Origin: Patescibacteria group bacterium | GTDB lineage: Bacteria; Patescibacteriota; Patescibacteriia; PEXW01 | Length of the DNA: 64,000 bases | Direction: 5' to 3' | NCBI GenBank assembly: GCA_041671325.1 | Contig: JBAZBR010000001.1 | Span: forward strand, 89,771-153,770 | Shown: piece by piece, positions 39,902-48,661 of the stretch | How the letters are laid out: each line of letters begins with the position of its first letter | How positions within the stretch are numbered: the first letter of the stretch is position 1 | Program-made: the position numbers and the translations under genes | The notes under the pieces: generated by a model | The model's input: only the letters and a program-made list of their open reading frames with translations | The model's database searches: none | What the model was told of the DNA's origin: nothing

Positions 39902-41442
39902 CATTAGAACCTGTTATTGGATTGGAGATCCACATTCAACTCAAAACTAAGAGTAAGATGTTTTGTGCCTGCGCTAACGTGGATACCGAAGTTGCGCCAA
40001 ATACCGCGGTTTGCCCGATATGCCTGGGGCATCCGGGAGTTTTGCCTTCACCCAATGCCCAGGCTTTTAAATTTGCAGTTGAGTTCGCCCAAAGCTTGAA
40101 TTTTGAAATTCCGGCTTTGACCAAATTTGACCGCAAGCATTATGCTTATCCAGACTTGCCAAAAGGTTACCAAATTTCCCAGGCAGATTTGCCTTTGGGC
40201 AAGAACGGCCATGTGCTTTTTGAAATTGACGGGCAAACCCAAAGAGTCCAGTTTGAAAGAATCCATTTGGAGGAAGATTCAGCCAAAAACGTGAAAGCGC
40301 CTGATGGCCGGATTTTGGTTGATTATAACCGCGCTGGCACCCCGCTCTTGGAATTGGTAACCACCCCAAGTATCCATTCGCCAAAAGAGGCAAAATTATT
40401 CCTGGAGGAACTGCATAAAATCGCCAGGCATTTGAAAGTTTCCAAAGCCGATATGGAGCAAGGGCATTTACGTTGCGACGCTAATATTTCTTTAAGGCCT
40501 ATTCCCGAAGAAACCTTGACGGCGCCAATTCAGCCCAACGAACATGGCTTTTTTCCCAAAACCGAGATAAAAAATTTAAATTCTTTCCGAAACGTAGAAA
40601 GAGCCCTGAACTACGAAATAAAAAGGCAGACTGAGTTATGGAATGAGGGCAAGCCTCCGGAAAAACAGTCCACTAGGGGTTGGGACGAAAGAAGAGGCAT
40701 GACAGTCGAACATCGAGGTAAAGAGACCAGTGCTGATTACCGTTATTTTGCCGAGCCAGACATCCCGACTATCGAATTAGCCGATGAATATCTTTTACAA
40801 AATACCAGCGATTTAGTGGAATTGCCCAGGGATAAAACTAAGCGCTTCCAGGCGCAATACAATTTATCAGCGGCTGAAGCTAAACAATTGGCCCATGACT
40901 TGCACGTTGCGAATTGGTTTGAAGCGGTAGTATCTGAACTTCAGAAATGGATTACAGCCAGGCAAGGCGCTATGCCGGATATGCCAGAAGAGGAGTGGAC
41001 TAAAATTAACCAAAAAATAATAAGAAAAGCAGCTGGTTGGGTAACGACCAAATTATTTGGTATTTTAGCCGAACAGCAAATTGCTTTTCAAGATTTGAAA
41101 GTCAGCCCCGAAGATTTCGCAGAATTTTTAACTTTATTAAATGAACATCAGCTGAATAATACTACTGCGTTGGTACTGCTTCAGCAGATGGTCAAGACCG
41201 GTTGGGATCCGCATCGAATCATGTCGGAACAAGATTTAAAACAAATAACCGACCCCCGAAATATTATCGGGATTGTTGATCGGGTTTTAACGGAGAATCT
41301 GGAAATCGTTGAAGATGTTAAAAACGGCAAAGTCACCAAAGTACAGTATTTAATCGGCCAGGTCATGAAGTTAAGCAAAGGCAAGGCTGACCCGGATATA
41401 GTCAGGGATCTCCTGGGCAATAAACTGAAAATAGATATTTAA
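39898..41442 (+). CDS. gatB: Asp/Glu-tRNA amidotransferase subunit B
   Basis: IGLEIHIQL, YPDLPKGYQISQ, DYNRAGTPL, EIKNLNS and GQVMK motifs. Confidence 0.97.
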   Translation: MTLEPVIGLEIHIQLKTKSKMFCACANVDTEVAPNTAVCPICLGHPGVLPSPNAQAFKFAVEFAQSLNFEIPALTKFDRKHYAYPDLPKGYQISQADLPLGKNGHVLFEIDGQTQRVQFERIHLEEDSAKNVKAPDGRILVDYNRAGTPLLELVTTPSIHSPKEAKLFLEELHKIARHLKVSKADMEQGHLRCDANISLRPIPEETLTAPIQPNEHGFFPKTEIKNLNSFRNVERALNYEIKRQTELWNEGKPPEKQSTRGWDERRGMTVEHRGKETSADYRYFAEPDIPTIELADEYLLQNTSDLVELPRDKTKRFQAQYNLSAAEAKQLAHDLHVANWFEAVVSELQKWITARQGAMPDMPEEEWTKINQKIIRKAAGWVTTKLFGILAEQQIAFQDLKVSPEDFAEFLTLLNEHQLNNTTALVLLQQMVKTGWDPHRIMSEQDLKQITDPRNIIGIVDRVLTENLEIVEDVKNGKVTKVQYLIGQVMKLSKGKADPDIVRDLLGNKLKIDI

Positions 41443-42332
41443 CCTAGGAATTCTTTAATTAATTTATTTGCTTGGGCCACATTTGTCACCCAATGGATTT
41501 TCTTATTCCTTTTAAACCAAGTGATTTGCCTTTTGGCGTATTGGCAGATTGCCCGATAGAGTTGCTGTTCCATTTCTTCACGGCTGATTTTATTTTGGAT
41601 AAAAAGTGTCAAATAGCGGTACTCTAAACCTAGTTCGATAAGCCGTTTAGCTGGGACCCCCGCTTGCAAGAGCTTTCTGACTTCTGCCAACATTCCCTGT
41701 TTAAGCCTTTTTTGCAGACGGATTTTGATTTTGTTTTTGAGGATTTTTAGGCCTGGGTTCATTCCCAGCCAAAGCACTTGGTAGGCTGGTTGGTTTTTTA
41801 AGAGGGGAATGGGCTTTTTGGATTTTAAAATAATTTCCAAGGCCCGGACTAATCTGGCTGGATTATGCCGGTCGATATTTTTTGCCCGAAGCGGATCCAG
41901 TTTTTCTAGTTTTTTATAGAGAATTTCATTTGGCAGTTTGCTAAGCTTTTTCCGTAAAATCAAGTCTGGTTTGACTGCAGGCAGCTGCATGCCTGAAAGT
42001 AAAGCGTCAACCCAAAATCCGGTCCCGCCAACAATAATTGGAATTTTTTTTCTTTTGGCTACATCGCCGACGGCAATTTTTGAACTTTTAATAAAATCCG
42101 CAACTGAAAATATTTTTTTTACCCCGATCACATCCAAAAGATGGTGGGGAATTTTTTTTCTTTCCAATTTTGAGATTTTACCGCTGCCCAAGTCCAAACT
42201 TCTATAAACTTGCCTGGAATCAGCTGAAACAATCTCCCCATTATAATTTGCAGCAATTTTTAAGCTTAAAGCTGATTTCCCGCTGGCATTTGGCCCAACT
42301 AAAGCAATTATTTGAATTTTTTTCCTTGGCAT
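41439..42332 (-). CDS. miaA: tRNA dimethylallyltransferase
   Basis: GPNASGKS, SADSRQVY, VGGTG and YAKRQITW motifs. Confidence 0.96.
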   Translation of the reverse strand: MPRKKIQIIALVGPNASGKSALSLKIAANYNGEIVSADSRQVYRSLDLGSGKISKLERKKIPHHLLDVIGVKKIFSVADFIKSSKIAVGDVAKRKKIPIIVGGTGFWVDALLSGMQLPAVKPDLILRKKLSKLPNEILYKKLEKLDPLRAKNIDRHNPARLVRALEIILKSKKPIPLLKNQPAYQVLWLGMNPGLKILKNKIKIRLQKRLKQGMLAEVRKLLQAGVPAKRLIELGLEYRYLTLFIQNKISREEMEQQLYRAICQYAKRQITWFKRNKKIHWVTNVAQANKLIKEFLG

Positions 42333-42351
42333 ATGTTTATTTCATAACGAT

Positions 42352-42380
42352 TTGCATTTTTAGTCAAACCGTGGTACAAT
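42352..42380 (+). promoter_or_regulatory. Sigma70-type promoter for the protease gene
   Basis: TTGCAT-17-TACAAT with extended TG. Confidence 0.6.
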
Positions 42381-42536
42381 ATAGATAAATAAAATAAAAT
42401 ATGATGAAATTATGGAGGTAAAGCCGCAGAAAGAAATAATCAGCCACTTTATAGGCTTATTTATCAAGGAGGTCATCCATCCGGGCTTATGGCTCGCTTT
42501 TTTATTAATTATTTAACAAATTATTAACCAAATCTT

Positions 42537-45500
42537 ATGCCAAGACCAAAAATTATTCCAAATCCAAAAAAAGTCCTGACTAAAACTAAGGTTTATACCC
42601 ACACCTCGGTCAAGCTCTCGATTTTATTAATGATTGCTGCGGCAACTGTCGGTACTGGCATAATCAGCGCAGGCTTGATACTAGCTGCTTTACCAACCAA
42701 GGTAAAACAATCAGCGCCAATACTCGCAGCGCCAGTTTCAATTAACAAAAGCCAGGATAATGTAGTGCTGATTAAATTTAAACCAAACCTGAACCAAACC
42801 AAAAGATTAAAAGCAGTAACTACGGCTTTGAAAAAGCCAGTTAAATGTTTGATCAGAACTAGCAGTGTGGCAAGCAAGTGGCCGAAAAAGAGCATCAAGA
42901 CCGTCAACTATTATGATGCTTGTTCGCTTAAGATTCAAAGTTTAATGCCGGTAGTTTCGGTTTCGGATAATGTTAATTCCGGTTTTTCAGAAAGGGCAGC
43001 TCGTTCGGATGCAAAATTAGCAGCTCAAGCCAAAGCAGATTTGTCAAGATGGTATGTTTTGACGGTTAAAGGTACGCCAGACTTGAATTCTTTGGTCAAG
43101 ATTTTTTCAGGTGTTGAAGGCATTGAAGTAGCGGCAAAAAATCCCCAACTTTCCGCTGCCGGGGTTATTACTAATTCTGCGGCTGCCACGGCTTATAGTT
43201 TAATTAACGCCCAAGCCGCGCAAGATAATGTATACGGTGTTGAGGGTGATGCCAATGGCGATGGTCAGGCAACTTGGCTTGATATAGTATATTTAAAAGA
43301 TTATTTATTTGGCAGTGGTCCGGCCCCAAAACATATTTATTTGGTTGATTTTAATAAAAATGGCATAGTTGATGTCGGTGATTTGATTATTTTGGCCAGG
43401 AACTTGGATACGACAAACCCGACGCCAAAAGACCTGAATAAAGACGGGTTGGTAAATTATGATGATGTTAATTATCTTATTAATTATATTTTTAACGGTG
43501 GCCCCGCGCCCAGTCCGCTATCAAATGCAGATTTGAATGCTGATGGTTCCGTGAATATCGGTGATGCGGTTATGTTTGTCAGATATTTGCAGGAAAATTC
43601 CATCCAGCTATCTTGCTTGACTGGGGACGCAAATGGCGACGGTTCAGTGAATGTCCTGGATGCTTATTATATCAGTGATTATATTTTCAAAAATGGCCCC
43701 GCGCCTTCGCCTTTACTTTGCGGTGATGTTAACGGCGACGGTAAAGTGACAATTGGTGATGCGGTCGCGTTGGTTCACTTGCAAAGAAACTCATCCCTAA
43801 CTAACTCTCCTGAAGTGAAAGCGGCAGTTTTTGTAAACCCATTAAGTCCTTCAACGAACGTAATTCAAAATAATACAGTACCTGAATTTTTAGTGGGTGA
43901 TGTTAACGGCGACGCCAAGATTAACAGCGATGACGTTACTTATTTATTGGATTATATTTTCAGTAATGGCCCCGCGCCCAGCCCATTAGCCAGAGCTGAT
44001 GTCAATAATGATGGCAAGGTCAATGTTGGCGACGCAATAGCCTTAGTCCAGCAAGTTGCTGAAGCCGTCGCCGCCAAAGCTGCGGTTGCGGACTTGAATA
44101 ATGATGGCAAGGTAAATAATGCAGACGCGCAATTTATTGTCGATTATATTTTCAATAACGGTCCTGCGCCGGATTTGAATAAAGCCGACATCAATAATGA
44201 TGGCAAGGTCAATATTGGCGACGCGATTGCCTTAAGCTTGTATTTGACTGAAACCCAAACCCAGTTAACACAAGATTCTTTCCAGATGCCAGAAGGCGAC
44301 CAAAACTATATTATTGGCGATGTTAACGGTGATAACCAAGTCAACCTTGATGACGCGAATTTCCTGGTCAATTATTTGTTTAAGGACGGCCCCGCGCCAA
44401 GTCCCTTAGCTAGGGGCGATGTCAACCAAGACGGCCAGGTTAATATCGGCGACGCGATCACGATAGCTAGGATAGTCGAGCAAAACAATAATGATAATTC
44501 TTTAACGCTCGTGGGTGATGTCAGCGGCGACCAGAAAGTGGATTATCAGGATGTGGATGCGCTTTCCAAGGCTTTGGTTAAGGGTTATGCAAGCCCAGCC
44601 GGAGATATCAATCAAGATGGGCGGTCGGGCGATTTATTGGATTTGTATGCCATGGTGGAAATTTTGAAATTAGAAGCCAATAATCAAAATTCTTATGATT
44701 TTAATGGCGACGGTAAAGTCAATTTAAGCGATGTTGATTATTTGATTGCTTATATCCTTAAGAACGGTCCAGCTCCTGCAGATTTGGATGCGGCAGACGT
44801 AAATGGCGATGGCCTGGTGAATATCGGCGATTGTATCGCCCTGGTCAGAATGTTGACAAACGTCAATGCTTTGGATTTTATTAGGGGCGATGTCGATAAA
44901 GACGGTTTGGTCACTCAAAGCGATATAGACTTTTTAATTGCCTATCTCTTTAAGAACGGCCCGGCGCCAGAACCAATTGGCCGTGGCGACGTCAATGCTG
45001 ATGGTTTAGTCAATATTGGCGACGCTATCGCTCTAGTCTTAAAACTTTATCCTCGAGAGACGGATTCTTCACCGGACATTTTGGTGAAAGTTGCGGTATT
45101 GGATACTGGCTATAATAATACAGTTGGCAAAGTGAGCGCCAGCGCCTTAATGAATTATAATGTTAAAAATTATTATGGTTGGAATGCGCTAACTGGCGGC
45201 TCAACGAAAGATTTGAATGGTCACGGAACTAATGTTGTTAAATTAATCCAGTATATTGCGCCCAAAGCGAAAATTTTGCCGGTTTCAATTTTGAATTCGC
45301 AAGGCATCGGGACTTGCCTTTCAGCCACCCAAGGCCTTGGTTATGCGGTAAAACAGGGTGTGGATATTATCAATATAAGTGCCAGCGGTTTGGGTAATTG
45401 CGAACTATTTAATACCGCTGTAAAATGGGCCGAAGGCAATGGCGCGCTTGTAGTTGTTGCGGCGGGTAATGATTCTTCGGTTGTAAAAGGATGGCAAAGC

Positions 45501-45758
45501 AGATCCGAAGCTTTAATAGTTGGCGCGACTAATAAAGGCATCCGCACCAAATATACAAATGCTGCAAATATTTATGCCCCTGAATTACCCGACAACAAAG
45601 GCACATCCTTAAGCGCTGCTTTAGTTTCTGGCTCGCTTGGATTATATTTAGCCAAGCCGACAAATCTTACTGTGGATCAGATTCAAATTCAGACTCTTAA
45701 AACGGCAACAAAACTTAAAGGTTTACCCATAATTAATGCCGGGGAATTAACTAAATAA
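42537..45758 (+). CDS. Membrane-anchored S8 subtilase with nine dockerin type I-like domains
   Basis: N-terminal TM; 18 DxNxDGxVxxxD-like repeats; VAVLDTG, NGHGT, AAGND and GTSLSA catalytic motifs. Confidence 0.88.
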   Translation: MPRPKIIPNPKKVLTKTKVYTHTSVKLSILLMIAAATVGTGIISAGLILAALPTKVKQSAPILAAPVSINKSQDNVVLIKFKPNLNQTKRLKAVTTALKKPVKCLIRTSSVASKWPKKSIKTVNYYDACSLKIQSLMPVVSVSDNVNSGFSERAARSDAKLAAQAKADLSRWYVLTVKGTPDLNSLVKIFSGVEGIEVAAKNPQLSAAGVITNSAAATAYSLINAQAAQDNVYGVEGDANGDGQATWLDIVYLKDYLFGSGPAPKHIYLVDFNKNGIVDVGDLIILARNLDTTNPTPKDLNKDGLVNYDDVNYLINYIFNGGPAPSPLSNADLNADGSVNIGDAVMFVRYLQENSIQLSCLTGDANGDGSVNVLDAYYISDYIFKNGPAPSPLLCGDVNGDGKVTIGDAVALVHLQRNSSLTNSPEVKAAVFVNPLSPSTNVIQNNTVPEFLVGDVNGDAKINSDDVTYLLDYIFSNGPAPSPLARADVNNDGKVNVGDAIALVQQVAEAVAAKAAVADLNNDGKVNNADAQFIVDYIFNNGPAPDLNKADINNDGKVNIGDAIALSLYLTETQTQLTQDSFQMPEGDQNYIIGDVNGDNQVNLDDANFLVNYLFKDGPAPSPLARGDVNQDGQVNIGDAITIARIVEQNNNDNSLTLVGDVSGDQKVDYQDVDALSKALVKGYASPAGDINQDGRSGDLLDLYAMVEILKLEANNQNSYDFNGDGKVNLSDVDYLIAYILKNGPAPADLDAADVNGDGLVNIGDCIALVRMLTNVNALDFIRGDVDKDGLVTQSDIDFLIAYLFKNGPAPEPIGRGDVNADGLVNIGDAIALVLKLYPRETDSSPDILVKVAVLDTGYNNTVGKVSASALMNYNVKNYYGWNALTGGSTKDLNGHGTNVVKLIQYIAPKAKILPVSILNSQGIGTCLSATQGLGYAVKQGVDIINISASGLGNCELFNTAVKWAEGNGALVVVAAGNDSSVVKGWQSRSEALIVGATNKGIRTKYTNAANIYAPELPDNKGTSLSAALVSGSLGLYLAKPTNLTVDQIQIQTLKTATKLKGLPIINAGELTK

Positions 45759-45761
45759 TTT

Positions 45762-45896
45762 ATGGACCAGATTACCCTTAAAAAAACCAAAACTTCAATC
45801 GGAACCAAAATTGGTGTTACAATTGCAGTTTTTACGGTGGTTACTTTGGGTGTAATCTTCGGTTATGCAATGTATATGGGCGGCTTTGGCAGGTAG
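45762..45896 (+). CDS. 44-aa single-TM protein, not in the ORF track
   Basis: MDQITLKKTKTSIGTKIGVTIAVFTVVTLGVIFGYAMYMGGFGR*; starts 3 nt after the protease stop, before the hairpin at 45918-45946. Confidence 0.55.
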   Translation: MDQITLKKTKTSIGTKIGVTIAVFTVVTLGVIFGYAMYMGGFGR

Positions 45897-45956
45897 TGGG
45901 TAATTTGATTGAAATTGAAAAACGCTCCGCTTGGCGGGGCGTTTTTGGTAAGAAGT

Positions 45957-46274
45957 TCATTGGCCGCAAATTTTTTGCATTTCCCGATAATACTCCAGAT
46001 CATCAGGATTACCCCTCAGCATTTGAATTTGCAGATAGGCATCATGGTTTGGACAGGTTCCAGAATCATCTGAAGTCAGATAGCAAACCGGACAGTAAAA
46101 GATTTTACCCCTTTGGTTTGCCGGTTTCTTTTCGGGTAAGTATCGAATACCAACCTGCCGGTTTTTTTGTTTTTGTTGTAAAAAAAACATCCAGAAGATA
46201 AAGACAATAATTAGCAAAAAAGTTGCAGCCAGAACATAGGGGGAAACGACAGCAGTCCAGGCATAGATTTGCAT
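45957..46274 (-). CDS. Small TM protein with zinc-ribbon-like motif
   Basis: GGAGG SD; N-terminal TM; FYCPVC...GTCPNH. Confidence 0.65.
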   Translation of the reverse strand: MQIYAWTAVVSPYVLAATFLLIIVFIFWMFFLQQKQKNRQVGIRYLPEKKPANQRGKIFYCPVCYLTSDDSGTCPNHDAYLQIQMLRGNPDDLEYYREMQKICGQ

Positions 46275-46389
46275 GGTTCCTCCGAGGTTTTACATGAGCT
46301 ATTTTAAATTATAAGCACTTTAGCATTGTATTTTTTTCAAGTCAATTGTATAATAATATCGCATAAAATTTATTCAAAAAACTATTGGT

Positions 46390-46914
46390 ATGCTACTCCG
46401 AATCCCTTTTTATTATCAAATAAACAAATACGCCTGCGGACCGGCGGTTTTGCAGATGCTTTTGGAATATTTTGGGATTTTTAGGACGCAAAGGACTTTA
46501 ATTAAACAGGCCAAAACCACTAAAAGTAACGGGACTAGCCGGAAGAATTTAGTCCTGGCTTATAAGAAGTTTGGCTTGAAAACTAAAGTCATTTTCCCCT
46601 CGGACTTGAATGACATCAAAACTTTTTTGAAAAAGAAAATCCCGGTCATTGTCAGTTATTTAGAGCTTGATGGCGATCAGGAGCATTACTCAATCGTCAT
46701 TGGCATGACAAAAAAAGAGTTGATTTTCCAGGATCCCTGGCTAGGCAGCAAATATCGTATTGATCAGAATAATTTTCTCCTGCGCTGGCACAATCAGGAT
46801 AGGCTGAAAAAATACAGGGGCTGGATGCTGGCTGTATATCAACCTAAAAAACCAGGCTTTTTGAAAAGATTGCCAGGCATTATTAGGAACCTGAAAACCC
46901 GAACAAAAGTTTAA
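46390..46914 (+). CDS. C39-like cysteine peptidase
   Basis: YQINKYACGP (Q, C), EHYSIV (H) and FQDPW (D). Confidence 0.85.
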   Translation: MLLRIPFYYQINKYACGPAVLQMLLEYFGIFRTQRTLIKQAKTTKSNGTSRKNLVLAYKKFGLKTKVIFPSDLNDIKTFLKKKIPVIVSYLELDGDQEHYSIVIGMTKKELIFQDPWLGSKYRIDQNNFLLRWHNQDRLKKYRGWMLAVYQPKKPGFLKRLPGIIRNLKTRTKV

Positions 46915-46930
46915 GCTTATAAGGGCTTGA

Positions 46931-47034
46931 CCCCGCACCACTTTCCAAAATACATCCAAAATTAGTTTAAGATGTTTTTTGTGATAAATATCCATGTTTT
47001 TTTAAGCAATGTTTTAATGGAAAGTGGTGCGGGG
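46931..47034. mobile_element. 104-bp MITE-like element, copy 1, flanked by TTGA direct repeats
   Basis: TIR CCCCGCACCACTTTCCA/TGGAAAGTGGTGCGGGG; TTGA at 46927-46930 and 47035-47038. Confidence 0.75.
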
Positions 47035-47068
47035 TTGACAAATTCTGTAGGTATGCTAACATGATTCT

Positions 47069-47748
47069 TCGTGTACCTTTTCAATTTAGAAATGTGGAAA
47101 AAAGAAGCTGAAAACCCTGGGTTCCGCGCAATTTTTGATTGCGCCAACGATCTCGGGCATGCTTCTAGAGGCTACCCGCGATTAATGGCTCCCGTGGATA
47201 TGGGAGACGAAAAGCTGAACAGAAAAAAGGCGATTCGTTAAAATCCACTGGTTATGAATTAGCGCCCAATTTTCTTTCGACAGTTCAGTCGTAAAATCGG
47301 CTTCTGTCAGCTAGAAATCTAGCAGAGAGAAAAACTTGTTAAGCCTGGGCTATTGCGGAAAAGCCCATCCTAGGAAGGTTTAGCGAGGTTTGTAACCATA
47401 GGTTTCTTTTTCCATGTAGGGGGAGGCAGTGCGCCACACAAAAAAAGGCCGGCTGGATTTTCTCGATTATTGCCGGTCAAGGTCACGGTGCCCGTACATA
47501 CTGGCGGCTCACGCGTTGTTGGTTGAAGTTAAGCGCGTCATTGCGAAAGTCGCTTGGTACAGAAGCGCGCGCCTGTGGCCACAAGGAGAAATAATGCATC
47601 GTAGGAATCAAGCGCCAAAGAGCAATTATCACAATCATCAGCTCACTGGTCGATCCCGCCGTGCATCAGCGCCCTGCCTCCCCATTTCTTTTCTTTGTCC
47701 TTTGTTATATCGAATGGACCGACTCGCAACCGGTCCTTTTTGTTTTTT
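47069..47748 (+). ncRNA. Putative large structured ncRNA of unknown class
   Basis: TTGACA-16-TAACAT promoter; long-range helices 47092-47109/47401-47417 and 47420-47434/47669-47683; many internal hairpins; terminator 47716-47748. Confidence 0.7.
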
Positions 47749-47773
47749 ATAAAATATTTAGATGGAGGGTTGA

Positions 47774-47877
47774 CCCCGCACCACTTTCTAAGCAAATACC
47801 AATCTTATTAATTAATATGTTATTTCGATAAATACCCTAATAATTCGAGAGTAGTTATTATTGAAAGTGGTGCGGGG
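47774..47877. mobile_element. 104-bp MITE-like element, copy 2, flanked by TTGA direct repeats
   Basis: TIR CCCCGCACCACTTTC/GAAAGTGGTGCGGGG; TTGA at 47770-47773 and 47878-47881. Confidence 0.75.
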
Positions 47878-47962
47878 TTGACAATAATTAAATCTGGTGC
47901 TATTTTTCTTAGCTGATCTTTGACAAACGTTAACTTAAAAAACCAAACCAAAAGGGGTAAAT

Positions 47963-48622
47963 GTGCAAACTCGGCTTGTAAGCAAGAAAAAGCTGATTGT
48001 GACTTTGCTGGTAATGGTATTGATTACAATCAGTTTAGCCGCTACCGTTTATGCCCTTGAACAATATAAACAGGGGCAATTCATAAACCGAATGCTAGGG
48101 ATGTTAGTATCCTCAGAATTGTCCGCGGCAGCTTTAAAGAAACTTGGCTATAAGATCTGGACAGTCGGCTTACTGATGCTAACGGCAAATGTTTTAAGTT
48201 TGATATTTGATTCGTGCTATGCCGTCTTCTTTCTTTGGTTTAAACCCATAAGAACGTTCCTAGGGTTTATAAGTCAAATTTTCAGGGAATTCGCCATATT
48301 TTTGAAGGTTTATTGGAAAAGGTTTTGCGTAATCTGGAAAAGGAAAGTTGGTAGGATTAATTTCCAAATTCCTGGCTCACATCATGTAGTCAACCTCGCT
48401 AACCACGTTGATGATCTTCGAAAGAATCCCTCAAAAATTGGCCTGGTAACAATCTTTATGTTGGGATTGGTGCCCAAGATTCCTATCCCATATTTCCCTG
48501 GATTTATGGTTTTTGCAGTCCTTGCCATTCGCTACAATAAATTGGGTTGGCGAGGCTGGGCGGCTTTAATAGCTGGCATGCTTTTACGCATAGCTTTGGT
48601 GCTGTTCGCTCTTTATTTCTAA
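47963..48622 (+). CDS. Membrane protein
   Basis: 219-aa multi-TM ORF with AAGGGG SD and GTG start; promoter TTGACA-17-TATTTT; hairpin after the stop. Confidence 0.7.
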   Translation: MQTRLVSKKKLIVTLLVMVLITISLAATVYALEQYKQGQFINRMLGMLVSSELSAAALKKLGYKIWTVGLLMLTANVLSLIFDSCYAVFFLWFKPIRTFLGFISQIFREFAIFLKVYWKRFCVIWKRKVGRINFQIPGSHHVVNLANHVDDLRKNPSKIGLVTIFMLGLVPKIPIPYFPGFMVFAVLAIRYNKLGWRGWAALIAGMLLRIALVLFALYF

Positions 48623-48661
48623 AACGGGTAACCTTTGAGAAGGCGCCCGTTTTGTTTTTTC

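Noticed and set aside
47189-47305. RNase P-like (GACGAAAAGCTGA...TCGGCTT) or hammerhead-like junction inside the large RNA
   Set aside because: No GAGGAAAGUC with bulged U and only about 80 nt between the putative P4 strands; the hammerhead CUGANGA and UH core is absent.
47419-47684. tmRNA or group II intron (GGGGG start, TCGATCCCGCC, GTGCG, GCGAAAGTCGC)
   Set aside because: No proper acceptor stem, T-arm or CCA geometry, no tag ORF ending in a typical AA-stop, and no domain V with an AGC/CGC triad.
47429-47752. 107-aa ORF (or SD-led 52-aa sub-ORF from 47593)
   Set aside because: Atypical composition, lies across strong RNA helices and runs through the terminator; kept only as an alternative to test.
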